From the NCBI GenBank assembly GCA_034005175.1, contig JAVEVF010000002.1:1-44338 (forward strand): a DNA stretch of 44,338 bases, given 5' to 3'. The stretch comes from Coriobacteriia bacterium (lineage in GTDB: Bacteria > Actinomycetota > Coriobacteriia > Anaerosomatales > SLCP01). Below, in pieces: positions 1-8,368 of this stretch (positions within the stretch are counted from its first letter, which is position 1; every line of letters begins with the position of its first letter). The translations under genes were made by a program, and so were the position numbers. Under the pieces are notes generated by a model. That model was not told the origin of the DNA. It saw only the letters and a list, made by a program, of their open reading frames with translations, and did not search any database.

Positions 1-2663
1 TGCATCCTCGTGCCCGCCCACCTGCCGTAGATGTAGCCGCCGCCAGAGTAGGCGGCGCCCTTGCCGGTGACGAACCGGTCGAAGACGACGCCAGCGGCGT
101 CCTCTTCGATGGTGAGGGTCGGGCGGGCGGTGGTAAGCAGAATCATCCTGTCGAAGCTCGCGATGTTGCCGCCTTTGTCGCGAAACTCCGCGTACACGGT
201 CTTGGTGCCGTCTCCCGCAGGTAGCGTGAGCGTCTTCGTGGTGGCATACGGCTCCCAGGCGTTCCACGCGTTCCCATTGTGGAAACGCATGGCTTCTGCA
301 GCATCCGGGCCAGATACGCCGAAGTCCACGTCGTTGTTGACCGTCACGGTGGTCTGCGTGGTCACGGCATCACCGTTGTTGATCAGAATCCCTCCGGTGG
401 GAGGAGTCATGTCAAGCGTCACCGATACGTCACGAGCAAAGACGTTGTTCGCTGCGTCGCGAAACTCGGACCGGATGCTCTTTGTCCCATCATCCCTGGG
501 CAGCGCGAGAGCCCTCGTGGCAGCGTAGGCGACCCAGCCCTCGCCGCCGCCCAGCCACGTCGAGCCACCATCGAAGCTGTGGCGCATCTCGGCAACACCC
601 GTCCCCGCATCTGAAATGCTGTGGACGGATGTCACCACACGCTGGTTCGTGTACGCCCCTTCATGGATCGAGACGCTTCCTGCCGGCGCGATGGTATCGA
701 GCACGATGGACGCCTTGATGGGATCGGTTGATGCCAGCCCAGCCGCATCTTTGAACTCGGCGTGCACAGTCTTGTCGCCGTCAGCACCGGGCAAAGTGAG
801 CTCGGTCTGAGCCACATAGGGCACCCAATCGCCCGATGGCGCTCCGTCGACCGAGAAGCGCATCTGCCCCGCTGAGCCCGCCGACCAGTTCACCGTGCTT
901 GAGAGCGTCACCTTCGCACTGTTGGTTTGGGGGGCTCCGCCGTTGATTGAGATGGTGCCCTCGGGCTGTGTGGTGTTAAGCGTGATGCTCGCTGATATCG
1001 TCGAAACGGACACGTTGCCTGCGGCATCCTCGAACTGCGCCTTCACTGTCTTGGTGCCGTCCGGCGGAGGCAGGGTCACCACCTTCTCCGATGCGTAGGC
1101 CGTCCACGCCGTCCATTGGCTGCCGCCGTCGGTGCTGTGGCGCATCTTGCCTGGCCCGCTGCCCGTCCAGTCGACAGTGTGTCCGACGGTGACATTGGCC
1201 GAGCTGGTAGCTGCGTCCCCGCCGTTGATCTTGATGGTGCCGTTAGGTGGCACAGTGTCAAGCACAATGGATGCTTCCATGGGCGCTGCCGAGCGAGTAC
1301 CGACACCATCTTCGAACTCGGCGCGCACGGTCTTCGTACCGTCGGGCTCCGACAAGCTGAGCTGCTTTGCATCCGAGTATGGCTCCCACGGCGTCCAGCT
1401 GGCACCGCCGTCGGTGCTGTGGCGCATCTTGCCTGGGCCTTCCGGTCCCCAGACAATGGAGTGCGTGATGGTCACATCGCGCGAGTTCGTGCTGGACGCG
1501 CCACTGTTGATTGCGACGGAGCCCGTTGGCGGTACGGCCTCGTTTGCTCGCGACCAGGAAGCGCCGTTGGTGGTGCGCATGATGCAACCTGAGGTGCCAA
1601 CCGCGAGTGCGGTGTTCGAACCTGCAGCCTTCACCGCCACCTCTTGAAATGAAACGCCGCTCACTTGAGCCACAGACGACCAGGAGGTTCCACCGTTGGT
1701 GGTCTGATAGATCGCGCCCGCATCCCCAGCAACCCAGGCCTTCGAGACAGAGCTCATCGCCACTCCGCGCAGAGTATCCGCGCCGGCCTTCCCCGCTGAC
1801 ACCCAGACGTTGCCGGAATCGACCGTCTTGAAGACCTTGCCGCTCGTCCCCACTGCCATGCCTGATGCACTCGTGGCAAACGACACCCCGTAGAGCGCAC
1901 CGCTTCCTGCTGTGAGCGTCTTCCAAGACCACACAGAGCCATTGAACAGCCCGATAAGCCCCTTGTTGTGCTGCTGGACCGGGCTCCACCACTGGTTGAA
2001 GCGGTCATGTCCCACTGCATAGCCAACCGTGCTCGCAGGAAAGGTCACGGAGAACAGCTCGCCGCTGCCGTTGCGGTATATCTCCTGGTAGCCATCGTCT
2101 CCGGCCGGGTTCCGGTAGGGGTCGTAGTTGTCACCCTTGGACCACTGGCCTCCGCCATCGGTTCCGCTGGGCCACCAGATTCGCGGCTTATCTTGACCCG
2201 CGAGTGAGCTCACAAGCCCTCCCGCCGCGTGTCCCACCGCTCGTTGACCCTCCATCGTGAAGGCTACGTCGTAGGCAAGCCCGGTCGGGTAGAGAGTGTT
2301 CGTGGCGCTGAAGAGGGGGCCTTCCCATGTCGCGCCGGCGTCGGTACTGCGAAACACACCGCCCGACCTGGTGATCGCCCATCCTTGGGTGGAGTTCACG
2401 AAGGAGACGCCTTCGAAGTTGTGCATGCCACCGGGACCTACGGATGTCCAGGTAGCCCCGTCGTTCTTTGAACGCAGGATCGTGCCGCCCGCGCCTACAG
2501 CGATAGCAACACTGGATGAAGGAACGAACGTCACCGCATTCAACGTGACCGCTGGCAATGCTGCATACACCTGCTGGGTCTGTGAGACGAGCGGCATGTA
2601 CGGCAACGCCAGCACCATCACGAGGATCAAGCGCGTCACTCGTCGTGTCATCGGCATGCGCAT
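1..2663 (-). CDS. Secreted surface protein, 3'-truncated by the window edge: signal peptide, BNR/Asp-box (Ycf48-like) beta-propeller, five tandem ~94-aa Ig-like repeats, then the start of an SGGGY-type module
   Basis: Not in the supplied ORF track because it has no in-window stop. Hand translation of the minus frame (codons on + positions 3n..3n+2) is open from ATG 2663 down to position 3. In-frame ATGs also occur at 2657 and 2651, and GAGAGGG lies ~6 nt upstream of 2663. N-terminus: MRMPMTRRVTRLILVMVLALPYMPLVSQTQQVYA. Asp-box-like motifs: SKNDGATW, STDAGATW, GTDGGGQW, TTNGGTSW, TTNGASW. The in-window sequence ends ...FVTGKGAAYSGGGYIYGRWAGTRM. Confidence 0.8.
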   Translation of the reverse strand, partial: MRMPMTRRVTRLILVMVLALPYMPLVSQTQQVYAALPAVTLNAVTFVPSSSVAIAVGAGGTILRSKNDGATWTSVGPGGMHNFEGVSFVNSTQGWAITRSGGVFRSTDAGATWEGPLFSATNTLYPTGLAYDVAFTMEGQRAVGHAAGGLVSSLAGQDKPRIWWPSGTDGGGQWSKGDNYDPYRNPAGDDGYQEIYRNGSGELFSVTFPASTVGYAVGHDRFNQWWSPVQQHNKGLIGLFNGSVWSWKTLTAGSGALYGVSFATSASGMAVGTSGKVFKTVDSGNVWVSAGKAGADTLRGVAMSSVSKAWVAGDAGAIYQTTNGGTSWSSVAQVSGVSFQEVAVKAAGSNTALAVGTSGCIMRTTNGASWSRANEAVPPTGSVAINSGASSTNSRDVTITHSIVWGPEGPGKMRHSTDGGASWTPWEPYSDAKQLSLSEPDGTKTVRAEFEDGVGTRSAAPMEASIVLDTVPPNGTIKINGGDAATSSANVTVGHTVDWTGSGPGKMRHSTDGGSQWTAWTAYASEKVVTLPPPDGTKTVKAQFEDAAGNVSVSTISASITLNTTQPEGTISINGGAPQTNSAKVTLSSTVNWSAGSAGQMRFSVDGAPSGDWVPYVAQTELTLPGADGDKTVHAEFKDAAGLASTDPIKASIVLDTIAPAGSVSIHEGAYTNQRVVTSVHSISDAGTGVAEMRHSFDGGSTWLGGGEGWVAYAATRALALPRDDGTKSIRSEFRDAANNVFARDVSVTLDMTPPTGGILINNGDAVTTQTTVTVNNDVDFGVSGPDAAEAMRFHNGNAWNAWEPYATTKTLTLPAGDGTKTVYAEFRDKGGNIASFDRMILLTTARPTLTIEEDAAGVVFDRFVTGKGAAYSGGGYIYGRWAGTRM
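126..1532 (-). repeat. Five tandem coding repeats (93-95 aa, ~280-bp period) of an Ig-like module inside the left-edge surface protein
   Basis: Each unit reads roughly PP.G.I.ING(G)....S..VT........G.G...MR(H/F)S.DGG..W..W..Y.....L.LP..DGTK(T/S)V.A.F.D..GN.......I.LDT. Units were counted by hand as aa 378-846 of the translated ORF. Confidence 0.7.
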
Positions 2664-2790
2664 CCTGCGCCCTCTCGTCGCACAAACGGAAACCCCTGCA
2701 GAGCTGCTCACAGCACCGTGGGACCAGCCTTGACTGAGAACGTAGCAGGAAGCATGCCGCTCACCGAATGGTCTGCGGGCTTCTACACAA

Positions 2791-3399
2791 CTACTCCGAA
2801 AGCTCCAGCGCCCGGGCCGGCACGCCAACGACCTTCGCTCCGCCTGCCACATCGTGCAGCACTACCGCGCCCGCACCGAGCACTGCACCGTCCCCCACCT
2901 CGATTCCAGGGAGCACGATGGAGCCTGTGCCACACAGACAGCCTTCCCCCACAGCTGCGCCACCGCCGAGATTGACCCCGCCTGCCAGGTGTGTGAACGA
3001 ACCGACTCGGCAGTCATGTGCCACATAGCAGCCCACGTTCACGATCACCCCGATGCCGAGCTGAGCTTGGGCACTCACGACTGCGTTATGCATGATGAGG
3101 GTGTTTTCGCCCACCTCTGCCGAAGGGCTTACAGAAGCGCTGGGATGGACGAGGACCGGCAGCGGTTCTCCTGCGAAACGCTCGAACAGCCGCTTGCGCA
3201 CCGCCGCATCCCCGATGGCGATGGCTACCGCATCGCGGTCGACACGCGCCGGGTCATCGACGATGGGAAGACCGGTAGGCGAGTGAACCGCTGCTCTCGG
3301 CTCCTCATCGAAGAAGGCCGCAACCTCGTGGCCAAGATCGCTGATAAGGTCAGCCACCTCGCGCGAGAACCCACCCGCACCCACGATCAGGAATCGCAT
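2791..3399 (-). CDS. NeuD/PglD-family hexapeptide-repeat sugar N-/O-acetyltransferase
   Basis: 202 aa. N-terminus MRFLIVGAGGFSREVADLI (Rossmann-like NeuD/PglD N-domain) followed by a left-handed beta-helix region rich in G/V/I hexapeptides. SD GGGAAGGGAG lies upstream of ATG 3399. Confidence 0.85.
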   Translation of the reverse strand: MRFLIVGAGGFSREVADLISDLGHEVAAFFDEEPRAAVHSPTGLPIVDDPARVDRDAVAIAIGDAAVRKRLFERFAGEPLPVLVHPSASVSPSAEVGENTLIMHNAVVSAQAQLGIGVIVNVGCYVAHDCRVGSFTHLAGGVNLGGGAAVGEGCLCGTGSIVLPGIEVGDGAVLGAGAVVLHDVAGGAKVVGVPARALELSE

Positions 3400-3458
3400 C
3401 TATGGCTCCCTTCCCCGCTCTCGGCCACACCCGCCACAGCTTCGGCGTCTCCCCCGCC

Positions 3459-4064
3459 TCACTGAGAAGACCCGTGTGAACCCTCGAATCGCTCAACCGT
3501 CGCATGCCCTTCTTGCGATATGCCCTCTCGGCGAAACACCGCGGCAAACGTCATCATGAGAATCTTTAGGTCGAGGGTGAGCGACCGGTTGTCTACGTAC
3601 CAGACATCATGCTCGAACTTCTGCTCCCATGAGATTGCATTGCGACCGTTGACCTGCGCCCAACCTGTGATGCCTGGTCTGAGCTCGTGGCGGCGTGCTT
3701 GCTCGGCGGTGTAGAGGTCCAGGTACTCGACGAGCAATGGTCGCGGCCCCACCAGGCTCATATCGCCCTTGAGAACGTTCACCAGCTCCGGCAGCTCATC
3801 GAGGCTCGTGCGCCGCAAGAGCCCACCCAGTGCTGTCAAGCGCTGCTCATCGGACAGCATACGACCCTGCGCATCACACGCATAGCGCATCGTCCTGAAC
3901 TTGTACATCGTGAAGATGCGGCCACCCACACCCGGGCGCTCCTGTTTGAAGAACACTCCTGGACCCATTGATATGCGGATTGCGAGCGCGATAGCTATGA
4001 GGAGCGGGCTAAGCACCAGCAATCCGAGAAGAGAGGCTGCGATGTCAACCATCCGCTTGAGCAC
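3459..4064 (-). CDS. pglC: Small monotopic phosphoglycosyl transferase (Bac_transf family), PglC-like Und-P:UDP-diNAc-trideoxyhexose-1-P transferase
   Basis: 201 aa, collinear with C. jejuni PglC as I remember it: [18 protein letters not shown]..., [87 protein letters not shown] start overlaps the upstream stop by 1 nt. Confidence 0.9.
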   Translation of the reverse strand: MLKRMVDIAASLLGLLVLSPLLIAIALAIRISMGPGVFFKQERPGVGGRIFTMYKFRTMRYACDAQGRMLSDEQRLTALGGLLRRTSLDELPELVNVLKGDMSLVGPRPLLVEYLDLYTAEQARRHELRPGITGWAQVNGRNAISWEQKFEHDVWYVDNRSLTLDLKILMMTFAAVFRREGISQEGHATVERFEGSHGSSQ

Positions 4065-5110
4065 TAGCTCTCGCCTCTCCGCCGCCCCGTGTCAGCTGGC
4101 TGGGTGCCGAGCCGGGTGATCTCTTCCATGATCACCTGCCGGTTCTGCACTGTCCAACCTACCCGGTCCTCAGGCTTGCGCTCGAGCACGACCTCGCCTG
4201 GTGAAGTGACCCGCACGAGCAACCCTCGGCGAATCAACTCGGCATCCACAGCCCCAAGCTCGCCCGCGAAGACCGTGTATGCGGGCGTGCCTAACACGGC
4301 GGCCTCACGGTTCATCGTGCCTCCCGCCGAGACCACGAGGTCAGCCTGCGTGACAAGCGAGGGGCCATCAAGTGCGCGGTCCACGAGAATGGTGCCCTCT
4401 GGCATCGCCGGACGCAGTGCATCGGCCTGCGCGCGCGTGCGAGGGACAACGACGGCACGCACACCCGGAGTGGCGACACACCTCTCAACGACGGCATCGA
4501 ACAGCGCGTTGCCGAACCGGTGATACGTGGACATGGTTGCCGGGGGGCGGAGAAGGGCCATGGTCTCCTGCGGCCGCACGCCGAGCATCTCTCTTACGGG
4601 CTGATCGGCAGGCTCCTCTGCAAGGTAGACGTGCTCCTTGAGCCCGGGAAACCGCACGATTCGAGAGGGTCGTACGCCGAGAGCGACAAATGCCTCGGTT
4701 GGGATGACATCGGGGAACATGACCTCGGTTGCAAGCCGTGTCGTGACCTTGTAGGCAAGCGTTGCATGCTCGTAATCACCGATGATGATCTGCGGGATGC
4801 GCAAGGCCCACGCAGCCACTGCGAGATCGTTGGAGTTGTGGCTGACTGCGACGTCGAAGCGCTTACCGCGACCGAAAGCGATGAGCCGGCTTCCGCGCGC
4901 CAATAACCCCCACGCCTTCTTCACGAGCGAGCGCCCTTGATGGTGCCCGATTATAGTGGCGTCGATGCCTCGCATCTCGAGAAGCTCCACGGTCTGTGCG
5001 AAGTGGCGTGCCGTCACGATCACCTCGTGACCATCGCGCCGCAGATCGGCGATGATGGGCGTGAAGAACAAGACATGCGGCGAGTTCGTCATATCGATCC
5101 AGACTCTCAC
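4064..5110 (-). CDS. DUF354-like protein (predicted GT-B/epimerase-like fold, function unknown)
   Basis: 348 aa. N-terminus VRVWIDMTNSPHVLFFTPIIADLRRDGHEVIVTARHFAQTVELLEMRGID matches my recollection of the DUF354 N-terminal signature (IWIDI.N.PHV.FF.PII..L...GHEV..TAR). GTGA overlap with the upstream GT4 stop. Confidence 0.6.
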   Translation of the reverse strand: MRVWIDMTNSPHVLFFTPIIADLRRDGHEVIVTARHFAQTVELLEMRGIDATIIGHHQGRSLVKKAWGLLARGSRLIAFGRGKRFDVAVSHNSNDLAVAAWALRIPQIIIGDYEHATLAYKVTTRLATEVMFPDVIPTEAFVALGVRPSRIVRFPGLKEHVYLAEEPADQPVREMLGVRPQETMALLRPPATMSTYHRFGNALFDAVVERCVATPGVRAVVVPRTRAQADALRPAMPEGTILVDRALDGPSLVTQADLVVSAGGTMNREAAVLGTPAYTVFAGELGAVDAELIRRGLLVRVTSPGEVVLERKPEDRVGWTVQNRQVIMEEITRLGTQPADTGRRRGES

Positions 5111-6219
5111 CGTGATCGCCCCTTCCGATCGATCGCTGCTCGGCTGATCTCAAGCACCGTGCGAGCGCTCCCCTCCAGAGTGTATCGAACGTCGAGAGCG
5201 GGCAATGCGTAGCCCTCAGGCGCTGACAAGACGCGCTCGAGCGCGTCGCGCAGGCGCGCCGGACTTCCCGGCGTGTACAGCTCACCAGACACACCGCTCT
5301 CGACATGCTCCGGCAACCCGCCTACGTCTGCTGCGACGACGGGCGTTCCCACCGCGCGTGCCTCAAGCGCGATGAGACCCAGCGACTCGCGCCGACTGGG
5401 CACCACGACCGCATCGGCGGCGCGCATCAGCGACGCCAGTTCGTCGCGTTCGACCTGGGCCCGAAAGTCAACTCGGCCGGACAGGCTCCCTGCACGCGCA
5501 CGCTCTTCAAGCCGAGGGCGCCACGGCCCCTGCCCCACCACCACCAGAGCTGCTGTTGCAAGGGAAGGGGCATCGAGCGCCTCAAGCAGCTCCTCGCAGC
5601 CCGCACCTTTGTTGGCGTCAAGCGTGCCAGCAAACAAGAGCAGCGGCCCCGTGGGCCTGAGTCCGAGGTGGGCGCGTGCCTCCTCGCGATCTCCTGGGCA
5701 AAACACCGCGGGGTCCACGCCCATGGGCACGATCTCCGTCTGGTGAAGCGGGCCACCCGCTACCTGCGCCATCTCCTCGGCAAGATATGCACTTGGGGCG
5801 ACGAGGACGTCTGCCGAGCGCATGACACGCCGTGCCGAGCGACCCACCGCATCGCCTCGCGCGGCCAGCAAGACATCGCCACCGTGGGCGAAGAGCACGA
5901 GCGGGACTCGCCGCAAGACAGCGCAAAGACGTCCGGCAGGACCTGTGGGAACGAGGTAGTGCGCGTGAACGACATCGTAGCCGCCGCGCGCGGCTGCCAT
6001 CACGGCCCGCACGTACAGCCCCGCGTACTTCGCCAGCAGCCGCGCACGGCCACTGCGAGGATCCGTTATGGCAACCACACGCACGTCCGCCCCCACCGCG
6101 CGCATGGCTTTGACGGAGTCCCTTACGAAACTCCCGAAATGCATGCGCCGGTCTGACGGATACATGTTGCTGACGACGAGCACCCGCAGTGTCTCGGGGT
6201 TGCGAGAACCGTCCGTCAT
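5107..6219 (-). CDS. GT4-family glycosyltransferase (Glycos_transf_1)
   Basis: RVLVVSNMYPS..., HAHYLVP..., and a C-terminal VVPSRRESLGLIALEARAVGTPVVAADVGGLPE(H)V E-x7-E type motif. Start set at ATG 6219, which forms an ATGA overlap with the upstream stop. The track ORF extends to 6327. Confidence 0.85.
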   Translation of the reverse strand: MTDGSRNPETLRVLVVSNMYPSDRRMHFGSFVRDSVKAMRAVGADVRVVAITDPRSGRARLLAKYAGLYVRAVMAAARGGYDVVHAHYLVPTGPAGRLCAVLRRVPLVLFAHGGDVLLAARGDAVGRSARRVMRSADVLVAPSAYLAEEMAQVAGGPLHQTEIVPMGVDPAVFCPGDREEARAHLGLRPTGPLLLFAGTLDANKGAGCEELLEALDAPSLATAALVVVGQGPWRPRLEERARAGSLSGRVDFRAQVERDELASLMRAADAVVVPSRRESLGLIALEARAVGTPVVAADVGGLPEHVESGVSGELYTPGSPARLRDALERVLSAPEGYALPALDVRYTLEGSARTVLEISRAAIDRKGRSR

Positions 6220-7703
6220 CTCGGCCGGCCACCGAGCACGAGCTGCGCCACACGGCTTGAGCTCACCCACTCGCCATCTCGGGCAGGCGGGCGGACAAGC
6301 ATCTTGCGAGTGGCGCTCGACAGCCACCAGGCCAAGAGCACCTCGGCCACCCGATGACCTGCTTGCACTGTCAGGGATGTTGCAGCGATGCTCGCCCAGG
6401 CGCGTGCTGGCCGAGGTGCGGCGGATGCCGCTGCCGGCTCACGCTCATCGCGCTCGCTGTCCGGTGGTCCTGCCACCACACCGACGAGCACACCTGCGAG
6501 CAGCCAGAAGAACACGGCGGCCTGCGGGTGCTGGAAGGAGTTGCTGGTAAGCGCGTTGAGCGCGAACGCGCCCAGTCCTGCTGCGATCGTGCCTATCTCC
6601 AGACGCATCTGCACCGTGCGCGTGCCATCGAGAAGCGCTCGCACCGCTATCCTCAGCACCGTGAAGATGAGCACCATGAACGCAAAGCCGCCGAACACGC
6701 CGGTCTCGGCAAGCAAGGTGAAATACGAGTTGTGTGCTCCGTAGAACTCAAAGCCAACAGAAAGCGACGGATCGCGCTGTACGGCCTCGGTGAACGCCTG
6801 GTAGAAGGTACCGATGCCCGTCCCCGTGAGCGGTGAGGAGAGAATCACTGCCCCAGCGATTCGCCACAGCCGCAGACGGAAGGCCGCTGATCCATCGATC
6901 GTGCGCAGCGACAACAGCCGAGCTTGAACGCTCGGTGAGAGCATCGCAGCGAGCAGCGGCGCGGCTATGACGACCCAGGCTCGCCGAGGAGCGATGCAAA
7001 GCGCCACTCCCGCAGACGCCACGATGAGGCCCAGCCAGCTGCCGCGTGTATACGTGAGCAACAACATCACAACGGCGCCCAGGCCCATGGCAACCGCCAC
7101 CCATCTGCCGATGCGCCGCTCGGTCACGGCGAGATAGCCGGTCACCGCGATGAGCAAGACGAGAAACTCGCCGTAGAAGTTCGCGTTTTGGAAGGTGGAG
7201 ACCACCCGAAGCGCCATCGAGGGTGCAGCGCTGCCGTGTGCGGCCGCACGCACTTCAAGCAACGTCGTTACGTACCACCAACCACCATAGGCCACAGTCG
7301 CGGTACCAGCGATGGCGACCGCCCACATCACGAACCTGCGCGCGAAAGGATCACGGGTGACGAGCGCCAATGCGCCGACGAGCAGCACATAGGACAAGTA
7401 TCTCGAGAACGTGAGGAACGTTTCGGGCGTCAGTCCCGCTGCAACAACCGAGATGAGCGCGAAGCCGAGGAATACCAGCGCGGGGCCCACGAGCCCGGTG
7501 TCGGTGATAAGCGCACGGCCACGGGATCGGGCAAACGGCACACATGCAAGAAGAGCAAGCGGCACCGTTAGGCTCACGGCATCCAGCGGGATGGGACCGA
7601 TGACGAATCGGCCCTCGTAGAGGGCGACCGCAAAGACCAGCACAGCAACGCCCGCTGCCGCAAGTGCCGCAGGCCAGGGCACGCGGCGTTTCCGCGCCGT
7701 CAT
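6216..7703 (-). CDS. Wzy_C/O-antigen-ligase-family polytopic membrane protein (polymerase or ligase) with a ~85-aa C-terminal tail
   Basis: 495 aa with many hydrophobic helices. Family-typical LLLTYTRGSWLGLIVAS and YGAHNSYFTLLAETGVFGG motifs. Confidence 0.8.
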   Translation of the reverse strand: MTARKRRVPWPAALAAAGVAVLVFAVALYEGRFVIGPIPLDAVSLTVPLALLACVPFARSRGRALITDTGLVGPALVFLGFALISVVAAGLTPETFLTFSRYLSYVLLVGALALVTRDPFARRFVMWAVAIAGTATVAYGGWWYVTTLLEVRAAAHGSAAPSMALRVVSTFQNANFYGEFLVLLIAVTGYLAVTERRIGRWVAVAMGLGAVVMLLLTYTRGSWLGLIVASAGVALCIAPRRAWVVIAAPLLAAMLSPSVQARLLSLRTIDGSAAFRLRLWRIAGAVILSSPLTGTGIGTFYQAFTEAVQRDPSLSVGFEFYGAHNSYFTLLAETGVFGGFAFMVLIFTVLRIAVRALLDGTRTVQMRLEIGTIAAGLGAFALNALTSNSFQHPQAAVFFWLLAGVLVGVVAGPPDSERDEREPAAASAAPRPARAWASIAATSLTVQAGHRVAEVLLAWWLSSATRKMLVRPPARDGEWVSSSRVAQLVLGGRPR

Positions 7704-8278
7704 CGTTCGCCGGCCTCCCAGACAGACGACACGTAGGCGCGCTCGGCCTCCAGACCTGACGTCACGATATCGAGGCGTGAGTTGTTCTGGATCCTCACGC
7801 CGCCGACGAGAAAGCCGAGCGGGTCAGCGGTCCCCTCGGCCGCCACCGTCATGTGGACGTCCACAGCGAGTCTGCTCTCGACCACTACTGAGTCTTCATC
7901 GGCGCCCAGCACCTCGATCTGAGACGGGCGCACCTCTACATCCACGATCTTGCCGAGCCTGCCTGCGACCGAGGAGTACAGATCATCGCCCACCGTGACC
8001 TGAGAGGGGTCGAAGTCACGCACTCCCAGTGCCACCACCTCAAACTCGATATCCACCAGGTCATCGCTCTTGTGCTCGAATATCCCGAAGAGCACGTTCG
8101 CGGCCACAAGCACTGCCACCACAACGATGGCTAGCACAAGCAGATCTATGGGGTTCACGAGTCCAAACAGACGGTTTCGATCGTCGATGAGACGCACGGG
8201 CAGTCCAATCCTATGGGTGGAAGCGGTGGGCTGTGCAATCATATCAGTATGAGAGCTTCGACCCTGCGCCCCACTCAC
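7700..8278 (-). CDS. Single-pass membrane protein, DUF4330-like
   Basis: The segment VRLIDDRNRLFGLVNPIDLLVLAIVVVAVLVA resembles the N-terminus of DUF4330 proteins as I recall them. The true start may therefore be GTG at 8197 rather than the track start at 8278. Translationally coupled to the Wzy-like gene (overlap 7700-7703). Confidence 0.55.
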   Translation of the reverse strand: MSGAQGRSSHTDMIAQPTASTHRIGLPVRLIDDRNRLFGLVNPIDLLVLAIVVVAVLVAANVLFGIFEHKSDDLVDIEFEVVALGVRDFDPSQVTVGDDLYSSVAGRLGKIVDVEVRPSQIEVLGADEDSVVVESRLAVDVHMTVAAEGTADPLGFLVGGVRIQNNSRLDIVTSGLEAERAYVSSVWEAGER

Positions 8279-8368
8279 GTGTTACGCAAACGTAACCCCC
8301 GATTCCAACCCCATGCCCTATGCTGAGAGGTTGAGTCCGAGCCACCGTGGATTAACGGGAGTCGCATC

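Noticed and set aside
61-2685. Track ORFs 61..528 +, 616..810 +, 895..1098 +, 1132..1647 +, 1258..1992 -, 1754..2026 -, 2188..2685 -, 2296..2733 + and others
   Set aside because: They have low-complexity Ala/Arg/Ser/Pro-rich translations typical of wrong frames in GC-rich DNA. All overlap the single long minus-strand frame (3..2663), which reads as a normal secreted repeat protein.
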